Position numbers and translations under genes: made by a program. A stretch of 64,000 nucleotides of DNA from Octopus sinensis (Eukaryota), in the NCBI RefSeq assembly GCF_006345805.1, contig NC_043000.1, positions 43,648,001 to 43,712,000 of the forward strand. The letters are read 5' to 3'. Position 1 is the stretch's first letter. The number at the start of each line of letters is the position of its first letter. Below the pieces are notes generated by a model that did not search any database, was not told the DNA's origin, and was given only the letters and a program-made list of their open reading frames with translations. Below, in pieces: positions 13,385 to 27,190 of the stretch.

Positions 13385-13745
13385 AATCTTTCCAACCTGC
13401 CCCCCACTTCTCCTACACTACCTCAGACACCTCTGTGTCCTTTCTTGACATTTCGGACAGCATTTATCACTCCACTCTCCCCATATCCATCCACTGCAAA
13501 AACACAGACTCACACTCATCCTTCAACTTCTCTTCCCCCCACCCTGAACACACCAATCTTTCCATTCTCTATTCCCAATTCCTCCGTCAATGCAGGCTCT
13601 GTAGTGACGAACATCACTGTGAGACTCAGTCTAAACTCATCGCTCACCACTTCATCCTAGGTGGAGAAAACCCTCACCATTATCCACACCGTCCTTGCCA
13701 GAGCAGGTACCGTGGACCGTGCATCTGCTCTCTCCCCTGAACCCA
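13385..13745 (+). mobile_element. Penelope-like element RT C-terminal fragment
   Basis: ORF 13435..13740 SFLDI...IHCKNTDSHSSFNFSSPHPEHTNLSILYSQFLRQCRLCSD matches the PLE pattern FLD...YxKPTDxHSYL..SSxHP.H...SIPYSQFLRxxRLCS. Confidence 0.85.
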
Positions 13746-13789
13746 CCCCGCCGCCTCATGCACACACACTCCCACACACAAAGTTTCAA

Positions 13790-14089
13790 AATACAAAAAC
13801 ATGGAAATAGAGGTAACTCGAATGTGGTGTCTAAAGACAGAAACAATTCCTATCATAGTAGGAGGATTAGTTATGATAAAAACATCACACAAATACATAA
13901 CAAAAACACCAAGATTAATAACCTTGCATAATGCACAGACCTTAGCACTACTAGGCACCACCCACATCCTACATAAAACACATTCAGAACAGTAAAAATA
14001 TGACCATCACAACAAACTACAGCACATATCTAAATCATACAGAGCTGCACTGAGTAATGCAGTGAAAGCATGTGGAAAAAATAAGACAA

Positions 14090-14157
<68 letters not shown>

Positions 14158-14160
14158 TAA
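13790..14160 (+). mobile_element. R4/Dong-clade LINE 3' end with (TAA)n tail
   Basis: ORF 13801..13995 EIEVTRMWCLKTETIPIIVGGL...QTLALLGTTHILHK is the typical RLE-LINE C-terminus (LQKxxLLGTAHIL). It is followed by a short UTR and (TAA)n at 14093-14160. Confidence 0.8.
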
Positions 14161-15413
14161 TCTATAAAAATAAAAGAGGGTTTGTATGTTTGTATGTGTG
14201 TGTGTGTACGTATATTCCTTATGCATTCCGAAACCGAGTTGCCGATTTTGTCGTAAGGGGTATGAAAATTATCAGTAAGCTTTTGGCTACCAACTAAACT
14301 ATATTATCATTCACATATTTGCCTTACAAAAATTTAATACAATCATTTTAAATTTAGTTATTTTATATCATGCCCACAATGACGAAGACGTCATATTTTC
14401 TATATGCATGTGTTCCCACGTTCCTTACCTACGTCAGGCACATGACTGACAAATATCTGTGTGTGACGGCGTATTTGTCTGTCAGTATACATACATTTTT
14501 GTGACGCCTGACACACACACACACGAGCATCTAAAGACAGAAACAGACACAGAGAGAGACACAGATAGGTTTCACGTGTGCGTTAATGTACGTGTGTGTG
14601 TATGTGTCTCTTAGTTTATGTATGTAACTTCCCCTCCCCCAATAATGAAACGTGCAGATATTGAATGTTTACTTCAGATAAACAACGTTCACTTTGAAGT
14701 ACTACCAACATGAAGATTTGCCTGATTTAACACCACTCACAATACTCGCAAATATATCTGAGAAAAATATTATTCTGGTTATTATAACAAATTCGGAAAC
14801 TTCGCGTGAAGTAGAAAGCTACAGTGGCTCTTTCAATATAGTTACAGAAATGTTATTCCACTCCTTCTAACCAGTTTCAAGATAACGTCTTTTAACAGCC
14901 CTTATATTGTTTATCACTGTGAGTATCAACATCGTACAAACTTTTCATTGCATTACTCACTACTTATTATACAACCTATAATGTTACACAGTTCTAAAAA
15001 CAACCTCTTCCTTTTTATTCACTTTTTTCGGCAATCGTTTCAAAATGTTGAAATAAATTATTTTTGCATGTGAAACAGAATTATGCCTTCTAAATTTTCT
15101 TGAACTTTCACTTTCTTCACCGTGATATAGATACAATCGTGGATTTTATAACATTTATTACATGTTTCAAATACATGTTGAAAAACTATACTTTCTTACA
15201 TTGGTGACGCATACTAACTTTTGCTAAATTGGTGACTTTTCATCTTTTATAGCATTTTTTATGTATGTTTTGCACCTATATTAACTAGATTTAGTTTCGC
15301 TTGAACTTCGTGTGTGTACATTTTGCTGTTTTAGATATTATCAATTCTATGAGTCTGTGAGTGTATTTCTTCATTCGTTGCGTCTGAAGTAAACTATAGT
15401 AAAGAACATTTGA

Positions 15414-15610
15414 CGCTGTTTTAATGAGCTCACATCTAATGAAGGAGCCATCATTATGGTTGCCGATCCTCATGAAAATCGTGATATTCTCATTTGTGTT
15501 CAAGATAACAATCTTAAACGCGTTTCACAGACTCATCCCTCTTATGATGCTTTCCAGTATAACCTTATTCTGTGGCATGGACACGATGGGTATTATTTCA
15601 ATATTCCTCG
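15414..15610 (+). mobile_element. Helitron RepHel fragment
   Basis: Frame not in the ORF track: RCFNELTSNEGAIIMVADPHENRDILICVQDNNLKRVSQTHPSYDAFQYNLILWHGHDGYYFNI. This matches the Helitron motif RxNxPTxxEVA...RDI...RISETHxSYDxLQYPL.F..GEDG(Y/W). Confidence 0.85.
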
Positions 15611-15709
15611 ATTGGAACTTGCACTAGGATAGAAAAATTACAAACAAAAGGGTGTCGTCAAATGACTTCTATTCTTACCAGCTGATATTAAGACTAGAAC
15701 AATAAAATC

Positions 15710-15914
15710 CTTTCTACTATAGGCAGGAGGCCTGAAATTTCGGAGGTGGGAGTGGACCAGTCGATTTCATCAACATCAGTGTCTTACTGGTACTTAATTT
15801 ATCGATCGCGAAAGGACGAAAGGCAAAGTCGACCCCTGCGCCATTAGAACAGGCGAAATACCGCTCAAGCATTTTGCCCGGCATGCTAACGATTCTGTCA
15901 GCTTGCTGGTTTCC
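15710..15914 (-). mobile_element. SINE with target-site duplication
   Basis: AAAGGCAAAGTCGAC core. It is flanked by AGAACAATAAAATC (15696-15709) and AGAACAATCAAATC (15915-15928). Confidence 0.85.
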
Positions 15915-16648
15915 AGAACAATCAAATCAATTAAACATGTCAAATAAACTTTATTTTCATTTACATATTTTCTACGTTATCTCAGTAACCAGCTACAGTT
16001 ATTTCAAATACACTTGTCTACAACGACCAGCTTTCATTAGAAAATTAAAATAGTTTCACACTTTCAATTTGAACCACAATTACAAAGTGTTGCATTACGA
16101 GAATGACGATGTGTGAATAATGAAAGAATTGTTTATCCAGATTGTCATATGTATATTATAATAAAGAAAGCTGCTTATTATATATCTGCCAAAAAAAGCT
16201 ATAATTTTGACTCAACAACTCTTCTTTACAACTATAATAACATCGGCAAGTAAGTTGGGTCGCACAATTTTGAGTTCATTTTCGGACAATATATTTATTT
16301 TGCTTCTAATATATCACTTTCATCCGATGTTTTACACATGCGTAGAATTCTACTCAGACGCACATTTATGAAAATATACACATAAACATAGTATTAAAAT
16401 AAGCCACAAACAAAAACTTGCATTAAAAGACATTCATTTTTCTATGTTATGGGGAAATACAGCCTCACACTCTCTCACGCACAAAAAACGTATGCACATG
16501 TATTTTTATGTGCGAATGTCATGAATACGCACAGCCGGTGTTTAGGGTTAGAGTTAAGCCAAAAACGGGTGATGTGCGCATTCGTTACATCCGCCTATTT
16601 ATGTACGTGTATATGAAAGATGTGTGTGTGTGTGTGTGTGTGTGAGTA

Positions 16649-16684
<36 letters not shown>

Positions 16685-17631
16685 TGCCACTTGCATATAC
16701 ATGCACAACATTTCATACATCACAACACACACCTTTACGTACTCACTCACTTTCTCTTTCTCTCTCTCTCCTCCATTTCATATACACTTACATCTTACAC
16801 TTTCGCCTATGTTTTACTTTCTCCTCTCACTTCAAAGCAAATGGCGCCTCTTCACTTCATCTCCTCCCTCAATTTTCTGCTTTTTCAAAGCATACAGAAA
16901 TTAAAACAATTTTAGGGAAACTGACGAAAAATCATATGATCCCATGACTTTGGAGTTGACAGCTTTGCTTCTTCAAATGAAAGAATGTCATGAACTAATT
17001 TTCTTTGACACACACATTCATACACATACTCTAGGTAAAACTTCTGTATGAATTATGTTAATTCTTGCAGTGTGCACGTGCAAATTTACAGCTCAAACCC
17101 AAATGAAATAATCTTTTTCTATTGTTTAATTTCTGTTTGTGATGAGCGTATTTAAAAAACTGGTCCTCGATATAAACTTAAAACGAAGTTTGCCAAGAAA
17201 TCCTGTTCTTTACCTCTTCTTTCTAGCATGTCCTAAATTTCTTCGGATTCCTTTGCTTGCAATACAGGAGATTAGAATTTTACTCACAAAACACATTCTC
17301 AATAATTTAATTTTCACCCTCTCCACACTTAATTATTTTGTTTACTTTTTACAAATTTTTATTCTTGGTAATACATGAAGAAGAAACAGAGAGTACGCAT
17401 CTTTCAGAATTTTACCCATCATTTCACCACTTTCAAAAAGCTACATTCTCCCAATGTTCACTTTTAGCTTTTCGGAAAGCAGGGAAGATTCTTCAGAAAT
17501 AATGTCGTTTACCTGATGTTTCTAACATGTTGGGTTTTCTGGTGGTGGTCAGGTATTTTTAAAGTCTACTATTTCTGCGAAGTTCTGTGCATGCGGGAAA
17601 CGTCAGCCTTTTGAAAGGTGGTAGGTGTAAT

Positions 17632-17655
17632 GGGCGGGCGGGCTGGGGGAAGGGG
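17632..17655 (+). promoter_or_regulatory. GC-box / G-quadruplex-forming motif
   Basis: GGGCGGGCGGGCTGGGGGAAGGGG has five G-tracts with 1-2 nt loops in an AT-rich background. Function is not shown. Confidence 0.3.
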
Positions 17656-18052
17656 CAATGAGTGTTTCGTTAAGAAAAATCAAACTATAAACAATATATA
17701 TGTATATATATATATATTTTTCACATTCGTCATCTCTGTATTTTTCTACGTAGATAACAAGAAAAAAAGCAAACAAAAACATTGAAAGAATTTACATATT
17801 AAGAAATTGCTGTGGGGATAGAAAGAAATTGAAATTTTGAAAACGGATTACTGGACAAAATCGTGTTAACTCGCTTTTATACGATGAAACAATACATAGT
17901 TTCTGATGCTTCTAAAGAACAGAAATTGTACCCTCGTCTTTCACTATTAAACAAAAAAATATTCCATCATTCCATTAACTATATATAACAATTGTGCCGA
18001 TTCTTCCCATAAAAATGGAGCAAATAATACAATATGCTTCTATGTCATAACA

Positions 18053-18081
18053 CCCGGGCAACGCCGGGAGACATTACTAGT
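18053..18081 (+). mobile_element. Helitron 3' terminus
   Basis: Hairpin CCCGG-GCAACG-CCGGG, then 8 nt, then CTAG|T: the canonical Helitron hairpin + CTRR end followed by T. Confidence 0.75.
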
Positions 18082-19128
18082 AATAATATAAGAAGGAAGG
18101 GTGGATAATTTTATTGAGAATGAGGAGGACAGCATGGACAATGATAAAAGAAAAACTATCACTTCGTGAATATAACCAAATAATAAGACTTAAAGACGAT
18201 GTAAATATTTTTCTGCCCTCGTGTTTCATTGTGTTTTTTTCTTTTTTGTGTCACACTTCCTTTTATATTTTTGCAAATGCATCTCAAATTATAACATTCT
18301 CATAGTTGTCGAGTTTAATTTTGTGTTATCTCTTTTGCTTGAAATACAAACTTCCTTTAGAAACTGGAATATTGAAATTTGTGTCTACTGGGTATTTGCG
18401 AAATCAGTAAAAGTAGAAAGAATCGAAATGTGTGCCTCCACCCCACTTAGCACAAATTATCATTTACAGTAGCGATTTCTTGAATAGCGGATGTAGTTTT
18501 TAATTAAATACCCATCTGCATAGCAGCATACATACACACAATCACTCTCACACATATATAAACATGTATAATGTTGTTATATATCGCTCCCAGTGCGTAT
18601 AAATATCTATGCGTTCTATTGTATTCAACGACGAGAAACTATATGACACAAACACAAGCGCAAAGATAGACGAACTCACATATACACGCATATTATGTAC
18701 AAACAGGGAGTATCGAAGATATTTTGGATATAGTTCCAGTATATACTAAATTAGAAAATATATATTTTTAATCCTATACAGTTTTCAAGATGCCTCTTTT
18801 CTCTTTTTATATTTCTTTATTGGGAAGTAAATATCAGAAATATAAATTTACTACTTTCAATGTTCGTATTTTTGATTTCTAAATATGAAAGATATATCAA
18901 AATATCTGCTGATATACACAGCATGACACTACCTATTACTGTATTAGTTGTCCTCTTTTTCGTGCATACTACGTAATAGAATAAGTAAAAATATCGCACA
19001 ATGCTGTATGGATTATTTGTTTTGTGTAAAACTTTGGATTACAAACGCACATGCACACATACAAAATGACGTACATGAATATTCATAGAATACATACATA
19101 ATACGTAAATACATACATAAATGCATGC

Positions 19129-19181
<53 letters not shown>

Positions 19182-19267
19182 TATGTGTGTGTATGTGTGT
19201 GCATTTACATACTAATGCACATATACATATATAAATATGTACAGGTTTCTACATAGAGATGCAAATA

Positions 19268-19306
<39 letters not shown>

Positions 19307-19697
19307 ATACATACGCGCACACACACATATATCCATACGCATATAATACGCATATATCTGTGAGTGTAGATAATTACATGTATATGTCTGTGTCTGCGTA
19401 CGTGTGTGTGTCCAAATTTACTCATTCATAATGTATATAATGTATATTGTCACATACAACTCAATCTGTATATAACATAAAACCAAGTAAGTAGATTGCA
19501 TCATGTTATAAAATTATTATTTCCATATAAAGCGTGTATAATTTTGTGCATCATGTAATTATATAATTACTCAACACATATGTACACACAAATGCATGCA
19601 GACGTCGATTAATTTTTGCGCATGCTATTTTAACCTCATTGGAGTCTTGCTTATTATAAATGCCTTATCTCAGCATTTCTGAATATATAATTCTTTA

Positions 19698-20040
19698 TAG
19701 ATACCTACCTACCAACTTACCTACCTACTTACCTACCCACCTACCTACCTACCTACCTACCTACCTACCTACCTACCTACCTACCTACCTACCTACCTAC
19801 CTACCTACCTTCCTACCTAACTACCTACCCACCTACCTACCTAACTACCTACCTACCTACCTACATACATACATACATACATACATACCTACCTACCTAC
19901 CAACCTACCAAGCTACCTACCTACCTACCTACTTACCTACCTACATACATACATACATTCATACATCCATACACATGTTCATATATAGATACTTACATAC
20001 CTAAACCTACCTACTTATCTACCTAGCTTTCCATCTGCAT
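19698..20040. repeat. (ACCT)n/(ACAT)n tetranucleotide microsatellite
   Basis: Direct run; it produces the spurious LPTY-repeat ORF 19660..20004. Confidence 0.95.
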
Positions 20041-22169
20041 ACACACCTTAATACATATATACACATACATATACATACATGCACGCATATAAATATTTAT
20101 ACATTATATGTATACAAGCCTACATATACATATACACACTACACGTGTGTGTGTGTGTGCGTGTGTGTGTATAAGACAAAGTACATATTTTAAAGTTTCT
20201 GTCATATTTGTAACTGAACAACTGTACAGATGTATCAATAACTCCTAAAAATAATATATAACAAAATATATCTGTAATAGACACTTAGAAACTCACAAAA
20301 GAGTGATATTGTTATATTCATACTGCTATATTTTCTTCTGGAACATAATAGCAGTGTGCTTTATGGTATAAGCAATGAAAAGAATGAAAATAGTTTGCGA
20401 AATATCCATGTTTTCACATCCATTCTTGGACACAGGAAATATTTGTGTATTATTTCTGATTTATAATTTCCAGCTTTCATCACAACTGACACATTTTATG
20501 CATTCGTAGAAATATAGATGGAAACTTTGGATAAACTTCAGTAAAAAACTAATCGCATTCCCGTGTTGAAATAATCGTGAAATCATTATATACATATTAT
20601 CAATGTCACACATACATACATTTTCTATCGTAGAAAAGTTTTATCGGTCACTTTATAGTTTGTATATAAATGCACTAAAAAGCATTCGGAAATGGAAATG
20701 TGGCACAGGTTTAACACAGCATTTTCATTGTAGACTACGACTATTTTTTATTTTGTTTGGGTAAAATTCAATATTAAATAGTTGAATCAATGTTAATACA
20801 AACTTTGAATTCAACAGTTAAAATGTGCATTTGCTATAACTCTCTAAATATATATTATAATAGCTCTCGCACTTGGCTTTCAGACAGAAATTTCCAGTAC
20901 CAAAATGTTGATTAGTGGAGTAGAGTTAACTGTAATTCCCTTTTAGTAATATTAACGCAAGTGGAGGAGAGTATATTTTCGTCGGTTGAGGAAAGTTTGG
21001 CATAATCCATGTTTTAATAATGATTTAGTGCCTACATTTTAGTGTGGCTGAGGGACAATTTATATTTTAATACAATTGTATTTAAATAAAAAGTAAACAG
21101 ATTTTGTTTTACTGGTAAACAACACTAGGATGGCATCTTGTATTCTCAAGAGGAGAATATCGTGTCATCTGAACTGGGGCAATATATTCTTTATTGACCA
21201 TATCTCACTTTATACAACACATAATCTTTCTTAGTTTCCTATTCAGGCGATTGCTCAATTCCATTTTTTCCAGGACATAAAATCATTAATATTCCTTCCC
21301 TGCCATATATATGAACTGTACGCATTGATTGAAATTATGGAAGAGGACCAATAAAAAAATGGATTCTATTTTTGTTGGAAATTCTGAAAATTGTTGTGGA
21401 ATATAGTGGAAGGGTAAGGTTCACTTCTGTTCAGAGTTTTCACTTTGCAAGAACTAGGCATCTCGCTGCTTATGGAATTATGGACCATCCATATATAATG
21501 CCTGACTGCACATTCTTGTTACTAATAACTTGATCGAATTTTTATTTATTAGCACACAATTATGAAGTCGTAAATTTCTAATTTTCATATTTTGTTCTAT
21601 ATAAAACTTACGATCTTTGTATTTACGGCCTAAATGGTTGAAAGATGGCATTCATACGATTTAATCGTTTCCCATTTTGCAACGTTGGTAAAAATAAATT
21701 ATGATAATCATACTACTGAGATGTTGTCCGATTCAAGTATATACCGTCTACTCAGTTGTGGAAAAGAATAAGTGACGATGATAACGTCATTGTGTTAGAC
21801 GTGCAATAAAATGTAAGTTTTCTTAAAATTCGCTACCGATTTCATTTTGGTGTTTATTGTTATTGTACTATATATATAACTAGTAATTTTATGCCTCTGA
21901 AATATAGGTGATCATGTTAACATAGGCCAATATAACCTTTGTTAAAAGTCTATCAGAAGGAAAATTTTTTTAAAAATTGTTCTTTTTATTCATTCATCTT
22001 TGTAATATTTTTGGTAATATAGATGGAAACTTTAGATAAGCATGAGAAAAAATGTAACTTCATTCCTGGGATAAAATGCTCGTGAACCCATTATATAAAT
22101 ATGATAAAAGTTAGGCATACATACATTTTGTATCGGAAAAAATCTATGGCTGTATGGTTACCGCATGAA

Positions 22170-22285
22170 ACAAAAAGCTTAGCGGGATTTGTGACCGTGG
22201 CTGACTTTGCCTTTCATCCTTCCGGCGCCGATAAAATAAATACCAGTTGAGAATTGAGGCCGATATAATCGACTTCCCCGCAATG
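22170..22285 (+). mobile_element. SINE fragment
   Basis: GACTTTGCCTTTCATCCTT...GATAAAATAAATACCAGTTGAG...AATCGACTT, as in 43360-43572. Confidence 0.7.
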
Positions 22286-23559
22286 ATCTGAATTGCTAGC
22301 CTGGTGTCAAAAGTTAAAGTCTGCTGGTATAATATAACACAAATGAAGAAAGGCAAAAGATATGGGAGAAATCTATTGTCACACACTACAGATCAGGCAA
22401 CACATATCACAGTGATGAATGATTGGAATCAGATGGAGTGTATGCATATACCGGGTACTTTCATGTTTTTAGCTACAATGTTTTCACTCCAAAAATACAT
22501 ACAGCTATTTTCTTGAGATGAAACATTCGCAAATCAACAGCTGTTAAAAAATACATCGTAGATATTGCAGTTAATATATTAGTTGCTAATCAAAAAAGTA
22601 CACAATGTGTTTCTGTTATTACTTTGGAAGGAATACTTTCAATAAAAGACACTGGTTTCGAATGATGTTTTGAATAAAGCATTAAATGAAAGAAACCATT
22701 ATTGGGAATTTGTTGATCAAAATCTGACAAATATCTAGGTTGACAAATGAATGAAAGCGCAGATTCGATATTTTATTAAGAAATGCTAAGAGAAGTAATT
22801 CCAGTCACTGTGTTGTAATATATTGTTTCAGGGTGGCAAATGAGGGCACAATGTTATTATTATATGTTAAGTATGGCATTCTGAAGACTGACAAGAAGAC
22901 AAAAACTTTGATATAATGGAGACTCAAAATTTGGGAAATACATGAATCTATAGTTTATATTAATAGATCATTCTGCACTGTTATTGTAACAAGAATAAGG
23001 AAACTACTACAGAAGGTTAACGGCAACAAAGTAGAGATTTCAACACAGAATGATAGGTATCTATGCAGTCAGAATAGAATATCATTTTCCCACCAGCCAT
23101 AATTTCCTGGAAAACTGTAGCAATGTGCAGGATTTTGAATAAAGAATCTTGTGAGATATGGAACTAGTTTGTGACATCTCTGAAATCTATGAGTGTGTAC
23201 GGTTGAATGTGTGTCTGTATATATGTGCATCTATGCGAGCGTGTATGAGTGTGTATTTATATATTTATGCATAAATGTGGAATGTTTTTTCTTATATACA
23301 ATTTCAAACTGCTCAATAAATTTAGCACACTTGCAAATTGAAATTATTGAATTTAATATCGAATACTATGGTTAGAATTGCTTTTTTATTCCTGATATAC
23401 AATGTAATAATAATAATAAAAATAATGATAATAAGAATAAGAATAATAATAATAACAATATATAAACGGGAGATATATGCGTGTGTATGCATCTGCATAT
23501 ATATTTATTTTTATAGGAATTCCTTATACCTAGACACATAGAATTACATAAGCTTGCAT

Positions 23560-23592
23560 GTAAATATGTATATATATATCTATATATATAAT

Positions 23593-23660
<68 letters not shown>

Positions 23661-23735
23661 GTGTGTGTATGTATGTATATATATATATTATGTATGTATA
23701 TGAATATGTACGTATATATATATATATATACATAT
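23560..23735. repeat. (TA)n/(TG)n compound microsatellite
   Basis: Direct run. Confidence 0.9.
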
Positions 23736-23966
23736 ACTCTGAGAATTATTGAAAATACAAAACTCAGATTAGTTGAAATCTTGAAATCAATATAAACAGT
23801 TTGGAAGGAAGTTTACTTCTTAATATAATTTTTTGAATGTTATTTCATTCCACTCCTCTGAACAGTCTTAGGTGTCATTCGTACGTAAGAAAACACTTGA
23901 TTTCTTCAAATATCTTGAATTGTTGTTGGATTTGAAAGATTATTGCAATTATGATATGATATAGTA

Positions 23967-24004
<38 letters not shown>

Positions 24005-24558
24005 TTCTTGCGTCGTTGTAAATTCCTCTCTTCTTCTCTCAATAAATGTATACACACATACGCACTTGTTTATATATATCATATGGGGAATATACAAAAA
24101 TAAAATATTAATTTTCTGTGAAAATAACAAAAATAACTACTGCAAATGTATTATTTTAAATAGAAATTACTGTGTAATACCAGCTCTTTAGTATACTTTC
24201 AGTTACAGATACAAAATTCAGATTCGCTTATAATTTCAGAGAATCATATATGTATGATTTGGAGAGCATTCGCCATGCCTTGTGAAAAGAACACCTAATG
24301 TTTCTCTTTAAGATATTTAAAGAAGACACTTCGTTAATCATATATCATTACAAGACATGTTTGTAGAATTAACGCATTATATAACAAAACGACGTTTACA
24401 CTGAAGTGAATCATTTTTGAAACTAATAGCTGAAAGGTTAATTCTTTAAAAATAGAATGCAGCAGCAATTAAAGATTAAGACAGATTAGTAAGGGGGCTT
24501 TCCCAAAATTATATTCATGTAATTCATATTTAAGAAATAAAATTGAAAGTATTTATAG

Positions 24559-24611
24559 TAAGTTTTCATTAGGCGATAAGTTTTCATTAGGCGATAAGTT
24601 TTCATTAGGCG

Positions 24612-24612
<1 letters not shown>
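24559..24612. repeat. 3 x 18-bp perfect tandem repeat TAAGTTTTCATTAGGCGA
   Basis: Three exact head-to-tail units run directly into (TA)n. Confidence 0.95.
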
Positions 24613-24646
<34 letters not shown>

Positions 24647-24721
24647 ATATATATACAAAAGTACATAAATGGTACAACGAAGCAGCGATATTTACTGGAA
24701 AATAGCGAACGTAACGAATAC

Positions 24722-24776
<55 letters not shown>

Positions 24777-24860
24777 TAATATATATAATATATATATATA
24801 ATATATATATATAATATATATACATATATATATATATATCTATATATATATATATAAATA
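24612..24860. repeat. (TA)n arrays
   Basis: Two TA runs separated by ~75 bp of unique sequence. Confidence 0.9.
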
Positions 24861-26194
24861 GAAAGATAGATAGGTAAAAATGGATGCGTCGCGTTCGTTC
24901 ATATAATCATATAAATTATATATATATGCATATATACATACATATATGTACATATCTACATATGTATGTATATATACCTCGCAAATAATGATACAGGACG
25001 TCAAAAAAACATGAACAAAATAAAATAAAAACAGAACATAAAAAACAACAAAAACATGGAGACACGACTTCGTAAAAACAGTCCGCCCGCAACGGAAATT
25101 AAATAGAAATAAATAAAATTTTAGCGGAGGGTTACAATGGTAACAAAACCAGGACAGTAAGAACAATGCAGTAAAAACAAACGGTGAGGGCTATTAAGTC
25201 ATAAAGAGATGAAGTGGTCAACACTGGGAAAGGATCTGTGACACGAGACAGGCAAAACTAGGTCTTATCTCTTGTAAAGCAAGAGAAAAAAAGAACGTGA
25301 GAGCAACGAGAGAGTCAAAGACAAAGAGTGAGGTAGAGAAAGAAAATGGTGAAGGAGGAGGAGAAGAGAAAACAGAAAGAAAAAAGAAAAAGTGAAAGGA
25401 GAATAGTGAGTGTAGAGTGCACATTTCAATTATTAAGATAACACTTACTTGGAAATGGATGCGTGGCGTTCGGTCATATAATAATATAAAGAATATACAT
25501 AATATATGCGTGTGTGTATGTGTGCGAGTGTGTTTGTGTATATGTCTGTATGTATATAAATGGAACAAAAACGTAATAGAGGGCATTAAAACGTTCGGAC
25601 AGATAGACAACACAAAGGCGAGCAAGAGAAACAACAATTAGAAGGACAGATGATTCATTCTTGACGTTTCTTTCACGAGTCAAGTACCAGAAGTCGTGAC
25701 CATTTCGGAGAGTTACACTTCGATCTGGTTATCACCAAAAAAGTCTAAGCTAAGAGCATTAGACACCTTTGTAAGAAAGCTAGCGAATGTGTACAGCAAC
25801 AGAAACAAAAAGAACAAACAAATAAAACAGAGAACATGGTACACAATTACGAATACAATAAGAAATAACAACTGGAATACTTAGACATGACAACCCACAA
25901 ACATTTCTTAAGTTTCCACAGAGCGAAGAACTGGAAAAATACGGAAACAACATACTCAGCATCTTCCCTTCATAACAAATGATCTAAAATACCGCCAGGC
26001 AATAGAACAAAATTTTAAGGAAGAATTTCTACGAGAATTGAACATGAATATAAAACAAGATTATTTTTTTCCCAAGAAATTACTACCTCAACCGAAATGA
26101 AACCAGATTACCACTGGATATTATTCATATTAAAGTTACAAAAATACCTGTTATATTCACTTAAGCAACTAATAAATTCATTTAAGCAACCGAT

Positions 26195-26205
26195 GCACAG
26201 ACCGC

Positions 26206-26282
<77 letters not shown>
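26195..26282. repeat. (CA)n microsatellite
   Basis: Direct run. Confidence 0.95.
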
Positions 26283-26284
<2 letters not shown>

Positions 26285-26959
26285 CTTTGTAACACTCACG
26301 TTCGCAAAGACACATATTCTATTTTCTACAGCTAAGGAACATGACAAGTGACCAAAAATATTTGTCAGTCACAAAATAACGAAAGGAAATTTATTGCAAT
26401 TGATAAAAAAACTGACCTGTTTGATCTGTGATCAGATTCAACCATCCCAGAAAAACACCCTTTCTTTCTTCCCTTCTTTCTTTCTTTCTTTTTTCTGTTT
26501 CCGTCTCGTCTCTTCAATCTGTTTCTTTCATTAAGAATTCACCATACGCACATAGTCGCACACTTAGATTCAAAATCACAAAAAAATAAATCTCAGATAA
26601 CCACTCCCATAACAAAACAGTTTTCAAAACCCAAGAAGCCAAATACAACTTGAAAATTGTTTTCAACGAAATCATATATATGTTTATGTATATGTGTGTG
26701 CGTCTGCGTGTGTATACATACACATACACACATATACGCACACTCACAAACACAAACGCATGCACGCACACACACACAGGCACAGACACACAGGTACACA
26801 CACATACACACACAGAACAATACGTTTTCTGTAAGAAACCATTCATGGTGAATCTCCGAAAGGGACGAAAGCGATGAACGTAGTTTTTGTCTTAATCCTG
26901 AGTAATTTTTTTTTCTTAATATATAACGTCTGTGCACCACTACAAAAATCTATACGTGG

Positions 26960-27104
26960 ATAAATACATATATAGGTGTATATATATATATAATATATAT
27001 ATATATATATACATATATACGTATATATATATATATATGTATATATTATATATATATATGTATATATTATATATATATGATATATATAAATAATGTATTA
27101 CATA

Positions 27105-27146
<42 letters not shown>

Positions 27147-27190
27147 ATACACATACATATATACATACACACACACATACACATATATAT
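26960..27190. repeat. (TA)n/(CA)n compound microsatellite
   Basis: Direct run. Confidence 0.9.

Noticed and set aside
21150-21400. Possible ancient CR1/L2-type RT remnant on the minus strand
   Set aside because: Only a GPL-like fragment is visible, which is too degenerate to support a call.
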